A stretch of DNA of 27,534 bases from Candidatus Heimdallarchaeota archaeon (GCA_019057375.1 DXJF01000067.1:1-27534), one strand, 5' to 3'; shown: positions 17,067-27,023, numbered from the stretch's first letter. A program made the numbers and translations. The notes: generated by a model not told the origin, from the sequence alone.

Positions 17067-18290
17067 ATGAGTAGTACAGATTCTTTTATTGATAAACTTC
17101 ATGATAAACAGCAAAAAAAAGGTTTACTTGCAGATCGTATTCGAACTAAGGAAATGGGAGAAGATGTTATTCTGGAAATACAAAATCTGAAGAAATTCTT
17201 CGACATCCCAGTTCCCTTTGAAACTACATGGTTTATGATAGCGTTCGTAGCAGCAATCGTAGTCTTCGCTTTTGAACAAATTGTTGGACTTATTCTTATT
17301 GGTTCTATTATTGTTCTCTACTTTGCTTTACCCTATGTTCCTCCTTTCAATAAGCGACCTCGAGTAGCGCATCTGAAAGCTGTTGATGGTATAACCATTC
17401 AGATTAAAAAAGGGAAAATTGTTGGTTTAGTAGGTGAATCTGGTTGTGGGAAAAGTACAGCTGCAAAAACTATTATTAGGTTACACGAACCTACCGAAGG
17501 ATCGGTTTATTTCAAAGGTATTGACATCAATCGTTTAACTTCCGATGAAATGAAGGAGATTCGAAGACATTTACAGATAGTATTTCAAGACCCTTATGCT
17601 TCATTAAATCCAAGAGCTACAGCTCACGATATTATTATCGAACCATTTGACATTCATGGAGTTGCATCTGGTGACGAAGCTAGTTACAGAGTTTTAACTC
17701 TTCTAAAGGATGTAGGCCTTGCCCCTCACCACGCATACCGTTATCCTCACGAATTCAGTGGTGGTCAAAGGCAAAGACTAGGTATTGCAAGAGCATTAGC
17801 CTTAGAACCAGATTTCATTGTAATGGACGAACCTGTATCTAACCTTGATGTATCAGTCCGTGCAGCTATTATCCAACTAATTTTATATTTGCAGAAAAAA
17901 ATGGGATTAACTTATCTTTTTATTGCTCACGATCTTTCACTCGTTAAGATTCTTTGTGATGAAGTAAACGTCATGTATCTCGGTAAAATCATGGAAGCAG
18001 GAACCAGCGATGAAATCTTTGAATCAATGATGCATCCTTATACTAAAGCCTTGATTTCAGCAGTACCAATTGCTGACCCTACCAAACGCTCAAAGAAAAT
18101 CTTCTTGACCGGAGATATTCCAACTCCTATTAATCCACCTCCAGGATGCAAATTCCAAACACGCTGTCCTCTAGTATCGGATATTTGCCGTGTTGATGAT
18201 CCACCAGCCAAATGGTACACTGCATCTCATGTTGCATATTGCCACAATATTGAAGGTGGAGAAGAAAACCCTGATTCATATACTCAGTAA
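17067..18290 (+). CDS. dppF: Peptide ABC transporter ATPase, DppF/OppF family, with inserted hydrophobic hairpin
   Basis: GLVGESGCGKS, VFQDPYASLNPR, YPHEFSGGQRQR, FIAHDL, CKFQTRC; GGTGA RBS upstream. Confidence 0.93.
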   Translation: MSSTDSFIDKLHDKQQKKGLLADRIRTKEMGEDVILEIQNLKKFFDIPVPFETTWFMIAFVAAIVVFAFEQIVGLILIGSIIVLYFALPYVPPFNKRPRVAHLKAVDGITIQIKKGKIVGLVGESGCGKSTAAKTIIRLHEPTEGSVYFKGIDINRLTSDEMKEIRRHLQIVFQDPYASLNPRATAHDIIIEPFDIHGVASGDEASYRVLTLLKDVGLAPHHAYRYPHEFSGGQRQRLGIARALALEPDFIVMDEPVSNLDVSVRAAIIQLILYLQKKMGLTYLFIAHDLSLVKILCDEVNVMYLGKIMEAGTSDEIFESMMHPYTKALISAVPIADPTKRSKKIFLTGDIPTPINPPPGCKFQTRCPLVSDICRVDDPPAKWYTASHVAYCHNIEGGEENPDSYTQ

Positions 18291-18291
18291 G

Positions 18292-18318
18292 CTTTTTCCT
18301 TTCTCTCTTTTTCTTTTG
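18292..18318 (+). terminator. Oligo-T tract after dppF
   Basis: CTTTTTCCTTTCTCTCTTTTTCTTTTG immediately after the stop. Confidence 0.55.
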
Positions 18319-18406
18319 TCATTTAAGCTTTAACAAGATTTATTTAGCTAGGTACTGGTGTATTATTTGTTATTGTTTACACAGATTAGTAATGTGAGGA
18401 AATAAA

Positions 18407-19159
18407 ATGAGTAGAGTAAATCTTGAATCAGCTCAAAACAATATTGAGAGGTTAGCTGCAAACCTTGAAGAATTGCAACAGGTTTTAGCTAGCAAAAAAG
18501 AAGAGATTAACGGGAAGATTAGAGAACTTACGGAAGTACTTTCCTCCTTTTTCAAAGAAGCTGATGATATCAATCAAACTATTAATTCAGGAGAAGAAAA
18601 GAAAAGTCAAAGCTCGAATCAATTAGATCAACTCAATAATGAATTACAGGAGCTAAATCATAGAAGAGATGTTCTTCAATCTGAAATCTCTAGTAAACAA
18701 AGAGATATTGAACAATTATCAGCTTTAATTTTGGAAAGAGAAAAAATCAGTACAGAAGTCATTCTTCAAGTTGATTCCTTAAAAGAAAGAGTTGCGGATT
18801 TGAAACGCAAAATTGAAGAATTTGATGTGTTAACAAATGCATTAAATGAAGAAACAAAAGAACAAACAAGAACTAGAGAGATTAAAAACGCTGAACTTGA
18901 TAACAATTATAATCGAATACTTTCCCGTTCTAAATCTTTACAATATTTGGTGAAGAAAGATATTGTTACTTTACCGGAAATAAAGATTTTACGTAGTTTG
19001 AATACCCCAGGAGTAGATAATGCTGAAAATCTTAAGAAAACCGTTGGTGTTTCTGATGACATTATTCGTAAAATTCTCCAAGACTTATCTCGAAGAGAAA
19101 TTATCGAATATGAACCTACCTCTGGAAAGTTCAAATTGCTCTCAAGTATTGATATTTAG
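18407..19159 (+). CDS. Long coiled-coil protein with C-terminal winged helix (paralog A)
   Basis: About 180 aa of heptads, then LPEIKILRSL...ENLKKTVGVSDDIIRKILQDLSRREIIEY...GKFKL, a wHTH pattern; GAGGA RBS. Confidence 0.8.
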   Translation: MSRVNLESAQNNIERLAANLEELQQVLASKKEEINGKIRELTEVLSSFFKEADDINQTINSGEEKKSQSSNQLDQLNNELQELNHRRDVLQSEISSKQRDIEQLSALILEREKISTEVILQVDSLKERVADLKRKIEEFDVLTNALNEETKEQTRTREIKNAELDNNYNRILSRSKSLQYLVKKDIVTLPEIKILRSLNTPGVDNAENLKKTVGVSDDIIRKILQDLSRREIIEYEPTSGKFKLLSSIDI

Positions 19160-19168
19160 GTGATTATG

Positions 19169-19921
19169 ATGTCAGATGAAAAACTAACAAACTTACTTGA
19201 AGAGATTAAAAGAGATATCGAGGAATTAGCCTCTCGTGTTTCGGCTACTATTTCCACTTCTAAAGTGACAATAGATTCCACAAAAGATGATATTAGAGTC
19301 ATTCCAGACTATATTGATTCATTAAAAAATTCTTTACATGGATTGAAGGAGAACAATGAACAACTAGAAGAGAAGGATATGCATACACAACAATCAATCG
19401 AGACCACCAAAACTGAAATAGAGATCAATACTGTTAAGAAAAGTGAACTGGAATCAACGGAAATCAGTAAAAGACAATACAAAGAAGAAATTGAACGTAA
19501 AATTTTGGAACATCAACAGAAGATTAGTCAACTCGAATCAGAATATAACCAATTTAGTTCCGATGTCAAAGGTAAAGAACTGATTTATACTCAACTTCAA
19601 ACTCAATCGAAGGAAACTGTAGATGGATTGGATCACAAAATAGCTGAAGCAACTGCTAGGCTAGCACATGTAGAAAATGAAAATAAACTGATTGTGTATC
19701 TGATGGATGCTGGTCTAATGGATGTTCCTGAAGCAGAGGTTGTAGCAACTATTGCATCTCATCCTGAAGGTCTTAAGCTGGCTGAGATTAAAGAAAAGGT
19801 CAATATGCCTCCTGTTAGAGTTCAACCAACAATCAATAATCTGTTGGAAACTGTTATAGAATATGACGCAATGAATGATTCTTACAAAATACTTGATATA
19901 ATAAAGAAAGAACTGGAATAG
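19169..19921 (+). CDS. Long coiled-coil protein with C-terminal winged helix (paralog B)
   Basis: AGGTGA RBS overlaps the stop of A; heptads followed by VPEAEVVATI...GLKLAEIKEKVNMPPVRVQPTINNL...VIEYD...YKI. Alternative starts at 19160 and 19166. Confidence 0.8.
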   Translation: MSDEKLTNLLEEIKRDIEELASRVSATISTSKVTIDSTKDDIRVIPDYIDSLKNSLHGLKENNEQLEEKDMHTQQSIETTKTEIEINTVKKSELESTEISKRQYKEEIERKILEHQQKISQLESEYNQFSSDVKGKELIYTQLQTQSKETVDGLDHKIAEATARLAHVENENKLIVYLMDAGLMDVPEAEVVATIASHPEGLKLAEIKEKVNMPPVRVQPTINNLLETVIEYDAMNDSYKILDIIKKELE

Positions 19922-19928
19922 AAATATA

Positions 19929-19959
19929 TTTTTCAATCTTTTTTTACTTTAATTTTTTT
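19929..19959 (+). terminator. Oligo-T tract after the coiled-coil/wHTH pair
   Basis: TTTTTCAATCTTTTTTTACTTTAATTTTTTT after stop 19921. Confidence 0.55.
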
Positions 19960-20070
19960 AAGCCTCTAGTTAAACGTGTGCTCAACTACCCGTATTCTTG
20001 TGAATCTATAATACGTAATTTTACAGTTATATCACAATGGTTTTAAATAAAATTTAGATTAGCAGATTAA

Positions 20071-21444
<1,374 letters not shown>

Positions 21445-21449
21445 AAACT

Positions 21450-21479
21450 AAATTTCGATGGATCATCCATCGATAATTT
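21450..21479. terminator. Hairpin between convergent gdhA and the PPDK_N gene, possibly a bidirectional terminator
   Basis: TCGATGGA-TCA-TCCATCGA (21455-21473) is a perfect 8-bp stem, extendable by AAATT/AATTT with one bulge, and is flanked by A- and T-rich tracts. Confidence 0.6.
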
Positions 21480-21482
21480 TTC

Positions 21483-24377
21483 TTATTTTTTAGGTTTTAA
21501 TATTATTCCTTCTCGTTTTTGAGCATCAATTCTGACTGTTAAAGGGTTTTTCAACTCAATGTGTCTTACAAACTTTAAATCAGTTTCAGATTTTTGTTTG
21601 TTTATCCAATCCCAGTCTATCTTATGATGTTCAGATTTGTGCTTAATATGGAAATACCCAATATTAGCTGATACAATATTATGGAAGAAATGAGTACCTT
21701 GAGAAAAATCAATTGAGAAACCTTCTAGAGATGTCTCAATTATAGTTTTCGCCCCATTAATATTACTCCATTTAGCTGGGATTCCTAAAAATCTATCAGC
21801 TGTCCCCCATCTACCAAAACCTATTAACAAGTAGGGACGATTCTTTTTAGTTAATTGGGCATTTAGTAAATTTATTTCTTCAACAATTTCTAGAGTTTTG
21901 GTCTTATCAAACATTTCTGCTTTAACATAAACAATATCCTTGATATCCGATTGGAGAAGATTTCCTGACACATGCGAAGAAAACGCTAAGATTTGATTAA
22001 CGTCTACAATCTCAAAATCATCCAATAAAAGGGCTTCTTGTTGTAAGAATGGTCGTATTTGTAATATAGAGAATTGATCCTTCTCGCGCTTCGAATTACT
22101 GAAGTTTCCAGCAAACTCAATTTCTATTGAAGAACCTAGAGCTCTTTCACCAATAGATAAAATTCTGGTTATCAATCTTGCTAAAGGTGTAGTTTCAAAT
22201 TTTAATTGCTGATTGAATGTTATAATAGGTGATCCTTCTCCAAAGAAACCTTCCTCTAAAGATTCTGTATTGAAATTATAATTATCTGCGATTTTAGCTA
22301 AGGTTCCCTCTTCAATGGCATCTCCAAGGTGTAAGCGTTTAATATATGGATCATCATCTAGAATATCAAATTCAGTTTTTGTTAAATCAACACCATAATA
22401 ATATTTTTGGCTTTGATCTAATAATAAATCAGGTGTCGAGTGGTAATTTAATTTAGGATACTTTGGACAAAACCGAACAGAAGATTCTCCTTCAACAATT
22501 GTTTTACCAAGTCCTAGAGCTAGATGTGCAATTCTATCTTCAGGTTTCATATAGTCTCCAAATGGGTAATAATTATATGATGCAGCAGTTCCAGAGAAAT
22601 CTGGATAATAATGATTGTGTCTTTCCTTTCCTACTACTTTTTGTATAACAACTGCCATTTTCGATTCTTCAACGGTCTGTTGAATGGTTTCAGCATATGA
22701 CTTTGCAAGTTTTAAGAATTGAGATGCATAAACAAGTTTTATAGCTGTACATAGTTGCTCAAGCTTTTCCTTCTTACTTCCTTGATTATTGGGAATCATG
22801 TATGTATCGAATATACCTGCAAATGGTTGATATGCTGAATCTTCTAGAAGACTTGATGAACGAACAGCTAAAGGACCATCTAAATCTTTGAGAAGAAACG
22901 TTAAATCATTTCTTAGACTCCTTGATAGTTTGCTATTAACAAAACTCTTCTTTATTTCAGAATCTTGAGCATCTGATAAAGCGAATTCATATAGATTATT
23001 ATCTTCCATAAACTTATCATATTCATCAGTACCAATAACAATGGTTTTTGGAATTTCAATATTTACAGTAGGAAATTCATCTTTAATTGTGAAAGAGTTA
23101 AGAAGGAACATCAAGAAAGCAATACCTCTTCCTTTTCCTCCTAATGAACCGGGTCGTAATCTTAGATAGAGAGTCTCAGGGTGATAATTATCTCGAGAGA
23201 AATCATTAATAACACCTCTTGTTTTTTCTATTACAATATTATCTATTGTTCTAATTAGAAAGTCTCTAAGCTCAATTTCAGTAAATTCAGAAACTTTCCG
23301 AGGTTTCAATGTTTCAGCAATTTCGAATTCACCTCTTGCATGTAACCAGTTAGAGAAATGATCACTTTTTCCATGATAAACTAAGGAATTTAAAGGTACT
23401 TCAGAAAGTTGCTTGTAAAAAGTAATTACATCAGTAGCATGACCATAAATATTGTCATCCTGATCTTTAAATATGAACTCTCCAAATCCAACATATTCAA
23501 GAAGCCATTTCCGAAGATCCCACAGCATTCCATGTGACCGTTTATGAATGAAATAACAGTGCATCTCTTCGGCTTGTTCTCGATAAAAATCTTTACTTGA
23601 TTGTAAAACAATAGGTAAGTTGGGAAAATCTTCTTTTATTCTCTCTGCGAAGAGAAATCCAGCATTTTTGTTGAGTTCTCCATCAAGAGGAAACTCGATA
23701 TCTGAGATAACACCCATTACGTATTCTTTATAGCGTTCATAATATGACATAGCTTCTTCATAATTCTCTGCAAGCAGAATTTTTGGTCTTACCCGCATCT
23801 TGAGTAAATCCTGATAATCATTTGTACCTTCAGTAATTAACCGATGAGTTTGTCTCATAATTTCTCCATAAACTTCTGGAAGCATTAGAGAATAGAACCT
23901 AATCGAATCATCAACGAAGATAAAAACTCTTACATTACCAGCATTTGTATCGAAATCTGCATTAAGTTTATCCTCAAGATGTTTGATAATAGCAATGAAA
24001 ATTTTACTATCTCCATTCCAAACAAAGACTCTATCTATACCTTTTCGTTTACTAAATTCTGGAAGATACTTGATTTCTACAACACTATTTAATAGAAGAA
24101 TTACAGGAATATCTTGGATTTCTTTAACATTTGCTCCAAAAGAAAAAGCATCCATATCACCTAATCGTCTCATGGTAATAACTAAATCAAATTTTTTCTC
24201 TTCTAGCAGATCCAAGGCTTCATTAGCAGAAGATACACGAGTAATTCTTGGTAGAGTTCGAAGATTGAGATTTTGAAATTCTTCATAAATTTGATCAGAT
24301 AATCGACCATCCTCTTCGAGCATAAAACTATCATAAATACTAGAAACAAGAAGGACATTGCTCATTCTTCTATTCAT
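21483..24377 (-). CDS. Receiver-domain + PEP/pyruvate-binding (PPDK_N ATP-grasp) protein, PEP-synthase-related
   Basis: ATP-grasp motifs LGGKGRG, PLAVRSSSLLEDS..PFAGIFDTY, MAVVIQKVVG, LGLGKTIVEG, IEIEFA, LQIRP. Two N-terminal receiver-like folds. No pyruvate-binding TIM barrel. The true start is probably upstream of 24377. Confidence 0.85.
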   Translation of the reverse strand: MNRRMSNVLLVSSIYDSFMLEEDGRLSDQIYEEFQNLNLRTLPRITRVSSANEALDLLEEKKFDLVITMRRLGDMDAFSFGANVKEIQDIPVILLLNSVVEIKYLPEFSKRKGIDRVFVWNGDSKIFIAIIKHLEDKLNADFDTNAGNVRVFIFVDDSIRFYSLMLPEVYGEIMRQTHRLITEGTNDYQDLLKMRVRPKILLAENYEEAMSYYERYKEYVMGVISDIEFPLDGELNKNAGFLFAERIKEDFPNLPIVLQSSKDFYREQAEEMHCYFIHKRSHGMLWDLRKWLLEYVGFGEFIFKDQDDNIYGHATDVITFYKQLSEVPLNSLVYHGKSDHFSNWLHARGEFEIAETLKPRKVSEFTEIELRDFLIRTIDNIVIEKTRGVINDFSRDNYHPETLYLRLRPGSLGGKGRGIAFLMFLLNSFTIKDEFPTVNIEIPKTIVIGTDEYDKFMEDNNLYEFALSDAQDSEIKKSFVNSKLSRSLRNDLTFLLKDLDGPLAVRSSSLLEDSAYQPFAGIFDTYMIPNNQGSKKEKLEQLCTAIKLVYASQFLKLAKSYAETIQQTVEESKMAVVIQKVVGKERHNHYYPDFSGTAASYNYYPFGDYMKPEDRIAHLALGLGKTIVEGESSVRFCPKYPKLNYHSTPDLLLDQSQKYYYGVDLTKTEFDILDDDPYIKRLHLGDAIEEGTLAKIADNYNFNTESLEEGFFGEGSPIITFNQQLKFETTPLARLITRILSIGERALGSSIEIEFAGNFSNSKREKDQFSILQIRPFLQQEALLLDDFEIVDVNQILAFSSHVSGNLLQSDIKDIVYVKAEMFDKTKTLEIVEEINLLNAQLTKKNRPYLLIGFGRWGTADRFLGIPAKWSNINGAKTIIETSLEGFSIDFSQGTHFFHNIVSANIGYFHIKHKSEHHKIDWDWINKQKSETDLKFVRHIELKNPLTVRIDAQKREGIILKPKK

Positions 24378-24520
24378 AAGTTCATGAAAGATTTTGTACT
24401 TTGGTTTATATTCTAGAAAGAAGCTTACTGCTTCTTGATCAGTAGTCAGTTTATCACATCCTGAGAACTTCTTAACAGACAGTTAGACATAACATCATAT
24501 GACATTTAAATATGTTGAAG

Positions 24521-24553
24521 TTCAATCTTTAAAAAAGAAAAAAAAGTAAAAAA
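24521..24553 (-). terminator. Oligo-T tract on the minus strand
   Basis: Plus strand reads AAAAAAGAAAAAAAAGTAAAAAAA, i.e. a long T run on minus, just downstream of a minus-strand TAA at 24568-24566. Confidence 0.45.
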
Positions 24554-24565
24554 AGGTAGCTTTAC

Positions 24566-24778
24566 TTATTCTGCTGCTGTTTCATCAGTTTCAAGATTTG
24601 TTGTTTTTATGAAAAGTGTACTAATAAAGCAGCAATAAAAAATACAACAGAATATTGTTTATATGGAAATAATCAACTGGGTGCATATCATAATTACAAC
24701 TTGTGAAACTCTCATTCTCTCCACATTAGCTAAACCATTCCAATGATTAGAAGTAAGTAAAAATATTTTTATTACCAT
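24566..24778 (-). pseudogene. Possible degraded 3' end of a membrane transporter gene
   Basis: One frame reads LFPYKQYSVVFFIAALLVHF; a 1-nt shift continues IKTTNLETDETAAE-stop, followed by the oligo-T tract. Stops interrupt all frames upstream. Confidence 0.25.
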
Positions 24779-24840
24779 GTTTCAATATAAAGTACATACA
24801 AAGCTATATTGTTATAGCTCCTTAGTGGAAAATTTCAAAG

Positions 24841-25722
24841 TTGATTAAAATGGAACCTATCAATCAAGGAGAAGAAGCTCTATTGGAGGAAAATATTCCA
24901 GTTATGTTAGGGGACGTTCCACTAAATGAAAGAGACGCACTAATAGTAGAAATGTATGAGGATGGCCTTTCTACATATGAGATTGCTATAGAACTTGAAC
25001 TGAATAGGCACACAGTTTCAAGAGTTCTCAAAGAAAATGGAATTGAAACCCGTACAATTGCAGATTATCATAAATTCAAGCATGAAGATATTGAAGATCT
25101 TTTTAATCGAGGTAAATCAAAACACGAGATAGCTAAAGAGCTGGGATTGACATATTACACAGTTAGAAAAGTTCTAGAAGATAGAGGTTTCATTCGAAAT
25201 AGGAAAGATAGAGAAACAGTACGCATTGCCAACTATATCCAAATGAAGAATAGAGGTTATGATAATGAAGCTATATCAATCTATCTTGGTTTAAATGATG
25301 TGAAGCAACTTAACAAACTAATCCGTAATTCAACTGTAAATGTAACAGCTGTAAGGCAAAAGACAAAGAAAATTGAGAGTCTTCCAGACATTGTTAGAGA
25401 TAGATTAGAAGGCAAATCCATTCACGATATTTCCATGAAATATAACCTTTACATTCTAGATGTTATTGACATCTTATACGAATTTGGTTTAACTATTGCC
25501 AAATATAAAGAAATCTACGTTTATCACAAACAAGGAAAAACAATAGAGGAAATTGCGGAAAAACTAGAGCTTTCTGTTTTTACAGTTAGGGGAGTTTTGA
25601 AAAATTTGAAGGAAATTGAAAAATCTGTTAAACTGGCAATTACACCTAAGCAAATAGCAGAGAAGTTGAACATTACTACTCTAGCAGTAAAAAGAACTAT
25701 AGAAACGCTTCAGCTAGTATGA
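24841..25722 (+). CDS. Protein made of about six tandem helix-turn-helix repeats
   Basis: Repeats GLSTYEIAIELELNRHTVSRVL, GKSKHEIAKELGLTYYTVRKVL, GYDNEAISIYLGL, GKSIHDISMKYNL, GKTIEEIAEKLELSVFTVRGVL, AITPKQIAEKLNITTLAVKRTI. Start TTG 24841 or ATG 24850. Confidence 0.85.
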   Translation: MIKMEPINQGEEALLEENIPVMLGDVPLNERDALIVEMYEDGLSTYEIAIELELNRHTVSRVLKENGIETRTIADYHKFKHEDIEDLFNRGKSKHEIAKELGLTYYTVRKVLEDRGFIRNRKDRETVRIANYIQMKNRGYDNEAISIYLGLNDVKQLNKLIRNSTVNVTAVRQKTKKIESLPDIVRDRLEGKSIHDISMKYNLYILDVIDILYEFGLTIAKYKEIYVYHKQGKTIEEIAEKLELSVFTVRGVLKNLKEIEKSVKLAITPKQIAEKLNITTLAVKRTIETLQLV

Positions 25723-25847
25723 ATTAAACCAAACATTTCCACGTATTTATAATTATATTTCTATTTTTAAGGAGGGTTTGATGGCTTAAATTTTATATAC
25801 TGCTTTTCTCAATTTTGAAGAAAGAAATCTTAATTTTGTGATGATTG

Positions 25848-26741
25848 ATGTGTGATCATTGTTTAGAACATGGAACAGCTGGAAAATGGTACTTGAATGC
25901 TAGAAATTATACTACTGAAGTATTAGATGACATAAACGTTGATGAGGAATTTCTCAAGGAGTTTTTGCTTGAACAGTACAAAACCTTTGAGGCAATGCAA
26001 GTAAGGAAGCTGGCAGGATTTAGTGCAGAAGGATTGGGTTACAAAATTAAAATGCCAATTATTGGAAGAATTGTAAAACATTTTGCAGAGAAAATGTTGC
26101 ATTCAAAAAAACCTAAATTCAATCCCTTTCAAGCTGAAGGCCATATAGGTCAGGTTGTCCCTCTTGATGACGCAATCGCCATTTTGGAAAACTGTGTAGA
26201 CGAAAATACAATCATCATGAAATATTGCATGTGTAGGTTTATGGCAAGAGCTGAGAAAGAAGCTTGTTGTATCAACTTCGGTGTTATGAGTGACATAATA
26301 GATAAGTTGCCACGTTTTATTCCTGAGCCTGAAGATAGTAAATATAGACTAACAAAAGAAGAAGCTATTGAAAAGTTTACAGAATTCAATAAAAAAGGAT
26401 ACATAGGCACAATCTGGTATGGAGCTTTTCCATACATCAATAATCTGTGTGCATGCCAAACACCTGAGTGTGCAGGATTCAGACCTCGAGTAGATTTTGG
26501 GATTAATTCTATTTTCAAGGCAGAATATGTTGTCCAGAACAATCCAAACAACTGTCAGGGATGTAAGAGATGTTTGACAATGTGTCAGTTTGGAGCTATA
26601 AGTTTTAATGAAATTACACAAAGAGTAGAGATTGATCAAGAGAGTTGTTATGGCTGCGGTGTTTGCGTTCATGCTTGTAGATTTGATGCTTTAAGCATTA
26701 TCGAGAGAAAAGAAGTTCCAATTCTGGTTGGAAAGTATTGA
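25848..26741 (+). CDS. Iron-sulfur protein with Cys-rich core and C-terminal 2x[4Fe-4S] ferredoxin domain
   Basis: CQGCKRCLTMC and CYGCGVCVHAC; extra Cys motifs CDHCLEHG, CMCR, CC, LCACxxxxC. Start ATG 25848 or TTG 25845. Confidence 0.85.
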   Translation: MCDHCLEHGTAGKWYLNARNYTTEVLDDINVDEEFLKEFLLEQYKTFEAMQVRKLAGFSAEGLGYKIKMPIIGRIVKHFAEKMLHSKKPKFNPFQAEGHIGQVVPLDDAIAILENCVDENTIIMKYCMCRFMARAEKEACCINFGVMSDIIDKLPRFIPEPEDSKYRLTKEEAIEKFTEFNKKGYIGTIWYGAFPYINNLCACQTPECAGFRPRVDFGINSIFKAEYVVQNNPNNCQGCKRCLTMCQFGAISFNEITQRVEIDQESCYGCGVCVHACRFDALSIIERKEVPILVGKY

Positions 26742-26753
26742 GGGGATAATATT

Positions 26754-27011
26754 TTGGGTAAAACGAAAATCAAGATAGATTATGCCACTTGTGGAGATGG
26801 TAATAAAATCGATCCGAGAGAATGTGCTATTTGCATGAAAGTTTGTGATCCAGCTCTATTTCTAATACATCAAACTCTTGAGAAATTCGAAAATGACAAC
26901 CAATTCAATCCGCAGATTTGGAGAATTACGCCATTGTATCCCTCACTTTGTACACGTTGTATGAAATGTGTTGAAGCATGTCCAGAACAAGCAATTACTG
27001 TTTCTTGGTAG
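26754..27011 (+). CDS. Small ferredoxin-like protein
   Basis: One canonical CTRCMKCVEACP motif and one stretched motif, C-x10-CAICMKVCDP; GAGGGG RBS. Confidence 0.85.
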   Translation: MGKTKIKIDYATCGDGNKIDPRECAICMKVCDPALFLIHQTLEKFENDNQFNPQIWRITPLYPSLCTRCMKCVEACPEQAITVSW

Positions 27012-27023
27012 GAGAGTAAAAAG

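Noticed and set aside
18407-19921. Identity as ESCRT-II, Hop2-Mnd1 or SMC
   Set aside because: ESCRT-II subunits have tandem wHTHs without such long rods, Hop2-Mnd1 has N-terminal wHTHs, and there are no Walker motifs for SMC. Kept only as analogies.
21483-24377. Calling this a functional PEP synthase (ppsA) or PPDK
   Set aside because: There is no C-terminal pyruvate/PEP-binding barrel, and receiver domains precede the ATP-grasp.
26150-26672. Two minus-strand ORFs (133 and 107 aa)
   Set aside because: Both lie wholly opposite the well-supported Fe-S gene.
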